Origin: Planctomycetota bacterium
GTDB taxonomy: Bacteria; Planctomycetota; JAJSAM01; JAJVHW01
Direction: 5' to 3'
Assembly (NCBI GenBank): GCA_965248445.1
Contig: CBDFJG010000002.1
Location: 416,001 to 480,000 of the forward strand
Length of the DNA: 64,000 nt
The position numbers and the translations under genes are program-made. This document shows, in pieces, positions 58,466-64,000 of the stretch; the stretch's first letter is position 1; every line of letters begins with the position of its first letter. The notes under the pieces are model-generated. The model saw only the letters and a list, made by a program, of their open reading frames with translations. It was not told the origin of the DNA and did no database searches.

Positions 58466-61408
58466 TCACTCGGTTCGGAGGCGCTCCAACAGGTCCGCCG
58501 CGGCCCCGTGCTCAGGGTCCAGGTCGATCGCCTCGCGTAGCCGGTCGCGGGCCTCGTCCAGACGTCCGAGCAGACGCAGCGCGCGGGCATGGGACACGAG
58601 AAGGTCGGCGATCTCGCCGTCCTCGAGGGTCGGCGGAGGACCACCGGGACCGGCAGGCGGGAGCTGCATGCGCCCGACACCGACGGCCACGCGGCGCGCG
58701 ACCTCTTCCTCTGCGCTGCGTTTGCGCACGGCAAGGAGGTCCGCCATGCGCGTGTGCATCCCGACCGCGTCCTCACGCGTCACAGGACCGTGCGGCAGTG
58801 GCACGATGTCGCGCAACTCGAGGAGTGTCGCGAGCTCCGCGTCCTCGTTCCCCTTGTCGCGGTAGTACGCAGCGAGCTTTTGACGCGTCTCGAAGTCGTC
58901 TTCGTCGACGTCGCAGTGCGCGCGCAGCAACTGCATCGATTCGTCGAGCTTCCCTTCGCCCTCGCCCATGAGCAGCGACGCGAGACGCACCCGTGGCGCG
59001 TTGCCACCGGCTGCGACGGGGAACAGCTCGATCATGCGACGCAAGCGCGTCTTGCCTTCGTCGAAGTTCTCTACGCCGATCGCGTGGTCCGCGAGGATCA
59101 GCTGCATCTCGTACCAATCCTCGCCCTTCTCGATCGCAATCTTCGCCTGCTCGAGAGCCTGGTCGGTGCGTCCCTGTGCGCGCGCGATGAGTGCGCGGAC
59201 GACGTGGATGAACGGATGCTCCGGTTCGAGAAGCACGGCCTTCGAGAGCGCGGAGAGTGCGTCCGCCGATCCGCGGCCCCCGCGGGTGGCGTAACCGAGC
59301 GCCAGCATGCGCCAGCCCTTTGCGTCGTCCTTGCGCTTGCGCAGTTCACGGCGCAGTCGAGAGACGCTGCCGCGCGACGGGCGCGGAAGCACCTTCAAGT
59401 CCTTCACGTACTCGCCGGCGTACGCCAGGAAGCGCTTGTCGAATTCGGCAGCGTCGATCCCGAGCGCCTGCTGCACGACGTTCGGCGTGTCGAGCCCCTC
59501 GCCGTACAGCCGGACCATCTCGCGCAGCTTCGGGAAGCCGAAGTCCCGTTCAACCATCTCGCACATCAGCCCGCCCTGGTAGTAGGCGAAGAGCACGCGG
59601 CTGCCACGGAAGGCCGAGTTGATCTCGCCGAGCGGCAGGACCTCGCGGGAGGCGATGGCGTCAATGAGGGTTCGTTCCATCTCACGGTTCCACTGCGGGC
59701 TGGTCTTGCGCTCCTCGTAGACGGAGAGGCCTTCGGTCAGCCAGCGCGGCACTCGGCCCTTGCTGAGCTCGAGCGTGATGACGTGCGCCAGCTCGTGGTG
59801 CAGCGTTCCGCGCCAGCCGAACGCGCCGGGCGGGAGGGCCCGGGGACTGTCGAGGGTCACGACGCGACCGAAGCAGGCGCCGAGCGCAGGGAACCCCGGG
59901 AGACCGATCGTGCGCGTCGCGAAGTCCTGCTGCTGATCGAACACCGAGATGAAGAGCGGGTACTCGGGCTTGAACTCCCAGCGCTTCTCGAGGTCGTCCA
60001 GCGAACGCCCCAGGGCATCGCGGAGCAGCGGGTGATATGCCTCGTCCTCCTTGGGCGGGAGCTTGACCAGGAAGCGCGTGTCCTTGCGCGTCGGGAAGCG
60101 CGCCATCTTGTCGAACAGCTTGATGAAGTTCGCGCGGTAGATGTTGTTGAACGGGTCGCCGTCGTCCGCCTTGTTGAGGAGCTTCTTCGCAAGGTCGTCG
60201 CGGCCGACGTTCATCGCGTTGCGCCCCGCCATGAAGAACGCCTCGAAGTCGCGTTCGTCGAGTTCGATCGCCTTCTGTGCGAATTCGAGGGCCTCGGCGA
60301 ACCGGCGCTGCTCTTCGAGCACGACGGCCACGATCCGGTGGACGACCGATGCATGCGCGTCGCGTTCGAGGACCTGCTTCAGGACGTCCGCATAACCCGC
60401 ATCGCCGCGCATGTAGAGGTACGCCGCCTTCGTTGCCAGCGACTCGGCGTGCATCGGGTTCGCGGCGAGCGCCGTGTCGATCGACTTCCGCGCTTCCTCG
60501 TACCGTTCGTCGCCCAGGTCCATCTGGGCTAGGAACAGCAGTGCGGGAACGTAGTTGGGGTTGTACTTCAGCGCGCGGTTGGTCTCCTCGCGCGCCAGTT
60601 CCTCGTCGAACCGGAAGGCATGCTGTTGCGCGAGCCCGAAGATCGCCGGCGCGTACGAACGGTTGATGTCCTTAGCCTTCGTGTACCAGCGCTTGGCGCT
60701 CACGTCCCTGTAGCTCTGCAAGTACAGATCACCGATGTCGATGAGGACGTCTACCCGCCGCTCGTCGAGCTTGCGCGCCTCATCCAGTCGCGAAAGGACC
60801 GAGTTCAGGCTGGGCTTGTACGCATCGGAGAGCCGGAACAGTCCGAGCCGCGCGCGTGCTACGGCGAGCAGTTCATCGACGGTGTCCTGGTCCTCGCTCT
60901 GGGCCCACGCGTCGTTCGCTGCCTCGTACGCCACGATCGCGTCGTCCCTGCGACCGGTCTCCTCGAGCGCCCGCCCGAGTAGCTGGCGGGCCGGGACGTC
61001 CGCGGGCTCGGCCTCGAGCCGCGCGGAGACGATCGCCTCGGCCTCGGCGTGCCGGCCGGTCTCGAGCAACAGACGGGCTCGCTGCAGCAGGACCGGCGCA
61101 GTGCCGGGTGCCGTCTCGAGAGCGGAGAGTGCTTGTGCCGTCCGGCCGGTCTCGGCGTAGACGCGAGCCAGGAGCCGCGCCGCATCCTCGTTCGCGGCGT
61201 CGGCCTTGCGTGCTCTCTTCAGCTTGCGCTCCGCCTCGTCGTAGTTGCCCCGCTCGACCAGATCCCTGCACAGATCGACCAATTCGCGGGCCTCGGCGAC
61301 GGGGTCTTCCTCCTGGGCCGAGAGGGACCCGGCCGGGCAGAACGCGAGCAGCGCGGCGAGGACGACAGCGGCGGAGGAACGGCGGGTGGTGGTTCGAGTG
61401 GAATGCAT
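58466..61408 (-). CDS. Secreted TPR-rich protein with a central peptidase MA (gluzincin) domain
   Basis: Signal peptide ending LSA-QEE; TPR repeats; LHHELAHV...PRWLTEGLSVYE. Confidence 0.87.
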   Translation of the reverse strand: MHSTRTTTRRSSAAVVLAALLAFCPAGSLSAQEEDPVAEARELVDLCRDLVERGNYDEAERKLKRARKADAANEDAARLLARVYAETGRTAQALSALETAPGTAPVLLQRARLLLETGRHAEAEAIVSARLEAEPADVPARQLLGRALEETGRRDDAIVAYEAANDAWAQSEDQDTVDELLAVARARLGLFRLSDAYKPSLNSVLSRLDEARKLDERRVDVLIDIGDLYLQSYRDVSAKRWYTKAKDINRSYAPAIFGLAQQHAFRFDEELAREETNRALKYNPNYVPALLFLAQMDLGDERYEEARKSIDTALAANPMHAESLATKAAYLYMRGDAGYADVLKQVLERDAHASVVHRIVAVVLEEQRRFAEALEFAQKAIELDERDFEAFFMAGRNAMNVGRDDLAKKLLNKADDGDPFNNIYRANFIKLFDKMARFPTRKDTRFLVKLPPKEDEAYHPLLRDALGRSLDDLEKRWEFKPEYPLFISVFDQQQDFATRTIGLPGFPALGACFGRVVTLDSPRALPPGAFGWRGTLHHELAHVITLELSKGRVPRWLTEGLSVYEERKTSPQWNREMERTLIDAIASREVLPLGEINSAFRGSRVLFAYYQGGLMCEMVERDFGFPKLREMVRLYGEGLDTPNVVQQALGIDAAEFDKRFLAYAGEYVKDLKVLPRPSRGSVSRLRRELRKRKDDAKGWRMLALGYATRGGRGSADALSALSKAVLLEPEHPFIHVVRALIARAQGRTDQALEQAKIAIEKGEDWYEMQLILADHAIGVENFDEGKTRLRRMIELFPVAAGGNAPRVRLASLLMGEGEGKLDESMQLLRAHCDVDEDDFETRQKLAAYYRDKGNEDAELATLLELRDIVPLPHGPVTREDAVGMHTRMADLLAVRKRSAEEEVARRVAVGVGRMQLPPAGPGGPPPTLEDGEIADLLVSHARALRLLGRLDEARDRLREAIDLDPEHGAAADLLERLRTE

Positions 61409-61485
61409 CTCACTCGATTCTACGTTCGAGACGCTTCCGGAGTTCCGATCCGCCTCACCCCGCGACGAGAACCCCCTCCAGCTCG

Positions 61486-62679
61486 TCAGGAGAGGGAGAG
61501 GCTCCGGAGGCGCTTCGCAGCCTCCTCGCAGCGGTCCTCCGTGGGTACCAGCGCCAGCCGCACGAAGCCCTCGCCCGGGTCCTCGGAGCCCTCGCCGTAC
61601 GAGAGCCCAGAAGACAACCACGTGCCCGGTGTGGTGATCACGGCGATCGCCGGATCGAGCAGCCGCTTGGCGAAGTCCTCCGCGGACACTCCGGGCGGCG
61701 TCTGCTGCCACAGGTAGAGCGTCGCCTCGGGCCGACGGGTGGGCAATCCGGCCGCCTCGAAGGCGGCGCAGATCACGGCCTGCTTGCGGCGGTACTCCTC
61801 GCGCATCAGACCGACGTGCGTCTCGTCGGAGAGCGCGGCGATGGAGGCGTCCTGGACGAAGTCAGGGGTGCCGGAGTCGATGTTCGTCTTGAGCTTGCGG
61901 AACTGGCCGACGGCGGTCTCGTCACCGACCACGTAGGCGCAGCGCCATCCGGTCATCGCCGACCGTTTGCTCATGGAGAAGAACACGAGCACGCCCTCGA
62001 GACCGGCTTCGAGGGCCGAGTGCGGCGGCTCTTCGGTGAAGTAGATGTCGCAGTACGCCTCGTCCGAACAGAGCAGGATCCCGCGTTCGCGGCAGAACGC
62101 CGCGCACTCCTCGAGGAAGGACAGCGGCGCGATCGCACCGGTCGGGCTGTTCGGGTAGTTGATCCAGAGCATCTTGGTGCGCGCGAGCACGTCGGCCGGG
62201 ATCGCCTGCAGATCGGGCAGATAGCCGCTCTCTGCGTGCAGCGGGTAGTGCCAGTTCTCCCCTCCGGCGAAGAACGTCCCGCGGGCGTAGGGCGGGTAGC
62301 CGGGATCGGGGGAGATCACCACGTCGCCCGGATCGATGTAGGCGAGCGGCGCGTGGAACACGGCCTCCTTGCTCCCGATGGCCGCCGAGACGTGGAGCGC
62401 GGGATCCACGTCGACACCGAAGCGACGCCCCGTCCAGTCCGCGATCGCCTGCCGGAACGCCTCGCTGCCGATGTAGCTCGGGTAACCCGAACTCTTGTGC
62501 ACGTCGATCGCACGCTGCCCGGCCTCGCGCACGAGTTGCGGTGTGGGTGTGCGGGGGTCCCCCACACCGAAGTCGATCACGTCGATTCCGTCCCGCCGGA
62601 GCTGCGTCTTCAGGGCATCCACCTCGGCGAACGCGTAGCCGGACAGAGACGCGATCCGTTGGGAGACCGGGATCTTCAC
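61486..62679 (-). CDS. Class I/II PLP aminotransferase, LL-diaminopimelate aminotransferase-like
   Basis: GVGDP, GSKEA, PDPGYP, NYPNSPTGA, SDEAY, SMSKRSAMTGWR. Confidence 0.88.
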   Translation of the reverse strand: MKIPVSQRIASLSGYAFAEVDALKTQLRRDGIDVIDFGVGDPRTPTPQLVREAGQRAIDVHKSSGYPSYIGSEAFRQAIADWTGRRFGVDVDPALHVSAAIGSKEAVFHAPLAYIDPGDVVISPDPGYPPYARGTFFAGGENWHYPLHAESGYLPDLQAIPADVLARTKMLWINYPNSPTGAIAPLSFLEECAAFCRERGILLCSDEAYCDIYFTEEPPHSALEAGLEGVLVFFSMSKRSAMTGWRCAYVVGDETAVGQFRKLKTNIDSGTPDFVQDASIAALSDETHVGLMREEYRRKQAVICAAFEAAGLPTRRPEATLYLWQQTPPGVSAEDFAKRLLDPAIAVITTPGTWLSSGLSYGEGSEDPGEGFVRLALVPTEDRCEEAAKRLRSLSLS

Positions 62680-63677
62680 CGCTTCCTTCCTGCGGTCGCA
62701 GGCGCGCGTTCTTCGTAGAACGCCAAGATGCGCCGACACGTCGCTGCGACCTCGTCGCGCAACTCCGGCGGCTCGACGACTTCCGCGTCCTCGCCGAACG
62801 GCAGCAGCCACTGGATGAACCAGACCGTCGAGCGCACCGTCACGCGGGCCAGCACCGTTCCGTCGCCGACGTCCGTGACGTCCCGCGCGGGAAGTTGCTC
62901 GCGGGCGAAACGCGCGCCCAGGCCTCGGAACAGCACGCGTGCCGTGCGCTTCGCCGGGCGGGCGGTGAAGTCGCTCGCATCGCGGAACGTCTGGATGTCG
63001 AAGTCGTCGGGGATGACGTATTCGGTATCGAGAAGCTCCGCCGAGCGGATGCGGTCCACTCGGAACGTGACGATGTCGTCCCGCAGCGAGTCGTGAGCGA
63101 CCACGTACCAGTCTCCGCCGAACTCCGTCATGCCGTAGGGCCGGATCACACGGGTCGACATCGCGGCGCGGTGGGCGGACCAGTAGTCGATACGCAACTC
63201 GCAGCCGCGGGACAATGCCTGGCGCAGGGCTGCGGCCTGGCCGCTTGAGCGCGAGTCCATCCGGAACGTGCGCTCCGCCCGGTCGAGCTCGCGTGCGTGC
63301 TCGGGTCCCAGGGCGACGCGGATCTTCTCACGGAGGCCGCGCACGGCGTCGCGGTATGGATGCTGGCGGACGTCGAGACGACGCAGCGCCAGTAGCAGCG
63401 CCAGCGCCTCCGGTACGACGAGCCGCACCGGCCGCTCGAACTGGTCCGCAAAGCGGATGTAGACCCGCCCGTTCTCGATCCAGAACGACACGTAGTTGTT
63501 CGGTGAGTACGGGGGGACGCCGCACATCATCACGAGCGACGACAGTTCCTCGCGGATCTCCGTCTCGGAGAGCCCCGTGCGCTGTGCGAGCTCTTCGATC
63601 GCCATACCCTGTCGCTGTTGAATCAGCGGGATCATGGTCAGTGCGTGGCGCACGCCGGCGTAGGGATCGCGGGTCAT
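62676..63677 (-). CDS. WYL-domain transcriptional regulator (PafC-like, HTH-WYL-WCX)
   Basis: LMMCGVP-like motif (LVMMCGVPPY), RPVRL, WYVVAHD, FRVDRI, VEPPELR. Confidence 0.9.
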   Translation of the reverse strand: MTRDPYAGVRHALTMIPLIQQRQGMAIEELAQRTGLSETEIREELSSLVMMCGVPPYSPNNYVSFWIENGRVYIRFADQFERPVRLVVPEALALLLALRRLDVRQHPYRDAVRGLREKIRVALGPEHARELDRAERTFRMDSRSSGQAAALRQALSRGCELRIDYWSAHRAAMSTRVIRPYGMTEFGGDWYVVAHDSLRDDIVTFRVDRIRSAELLDTEYVIPDDFDIQTFRDASDFTARPAKRTARVLFRGLGARFAREQLPARDVTDVGDGTVLARVTVRSTVWFIQWLLPFGEDAEVVEPPELRDEVAATCRRILAFYEERAPATAGRKR

Positions 63678-64000
63678 CCGCGGCCTCCCCCGGCACTCTT
63701 CCCCGCGGCCTTCTTCCCAGCGGCTCGGCGGCGGCGGGCAGGGACCGGGGACGGATCCCCCTCGTGCCGGTCGAGGATGGCGCGAAAGTGCGACAGAGCA
63801 CGTTCGCGCAGCTTCGGCGGCGACGCGATGCGCGCGCGCTCCGCGTGCTGGGCGACGAACCGGAACACCGCCTCGCCGTCGCGCGCAGCGAAGGACAGCC
63901 GGGCGCCGCCGTCGGGTAGTTCCTCGAACGTCCAATCCGCGCGCACGCCCTCGCGGACCATGAACGCGATCTCGGGTGCGAGATGGACTTCGGCCCGGAA
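63674..64000 (-). CDS. 3' end (WCX domain) of a probable second WYL regulator (PafB-like), truncated by the window edge
   Basis: A.IASPPKLRE WCX-like tail; ATGA overlap with the downstream WYL gene. Confidence 0.65.
   Translation of the reverse strand, partial: FRAEVHLAPEIAFMVREGVRADWTFEELPDGGARLSFAARDGEAVFRFVAQHAERARIASPPKLRERALSHFRAILDRHEGDPSPVPARRRRAAGKKAAGKSAGGGRG

Noticed and set aside
1..64000. CRISPR array or rRNA
   Set aside because: No regularly spaced repeat-spacer series or rRNA-like sequence seen

Overview
This is a high-GC bacterial chromosome segment. The gene content is most consistent with Planctomycetota/PVC (Minf_1886-family gene, DUF4388 gene, kinase-FGE fusion, CRTAC1/ASPIC-UnbV genes); this is inferred, not searched. 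Core genes are archaeal-type DNA topoisomerase VI (top6B-top6A), tRNA-Sec (selC), tmk-holB, pgeF, an S41 protease, a PLP aminotransferase and a PafBC-like WYL pair. Accessory content includes a damaged RND efflux pair, a half-length ClpC paralog, an SSS symporter, lipoprotein clusters, two near-identical IS66 copies, an IS3, an IS1380 remnant and a decayed island just downstream of selC. The best candidates for undescribed biology are: (1) a tightly coupled 7-gene operon at 44592-52130 with two CRTAC1 lipoproteins, a Cys-motif membrane protein, a NosL-like protein, a small Cys protein and a LolCDE/MacB-type ABC system, with no nosZ in the window; (2) a HEPN-AbrB-EI24-HEAT run directly upstream of a topo VI whose B subunit has a long insertion; (3) a DnaA-box cluster upstream of tmk; (4) repeated leaderless -10 architecture and a shared sigma28-like motif. 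Several genes show junction-type lesions that could be real decay or assembly artefacts. No CRISPR array or rRNA was seen. All protein family calls come from motif recognition, not database searches.
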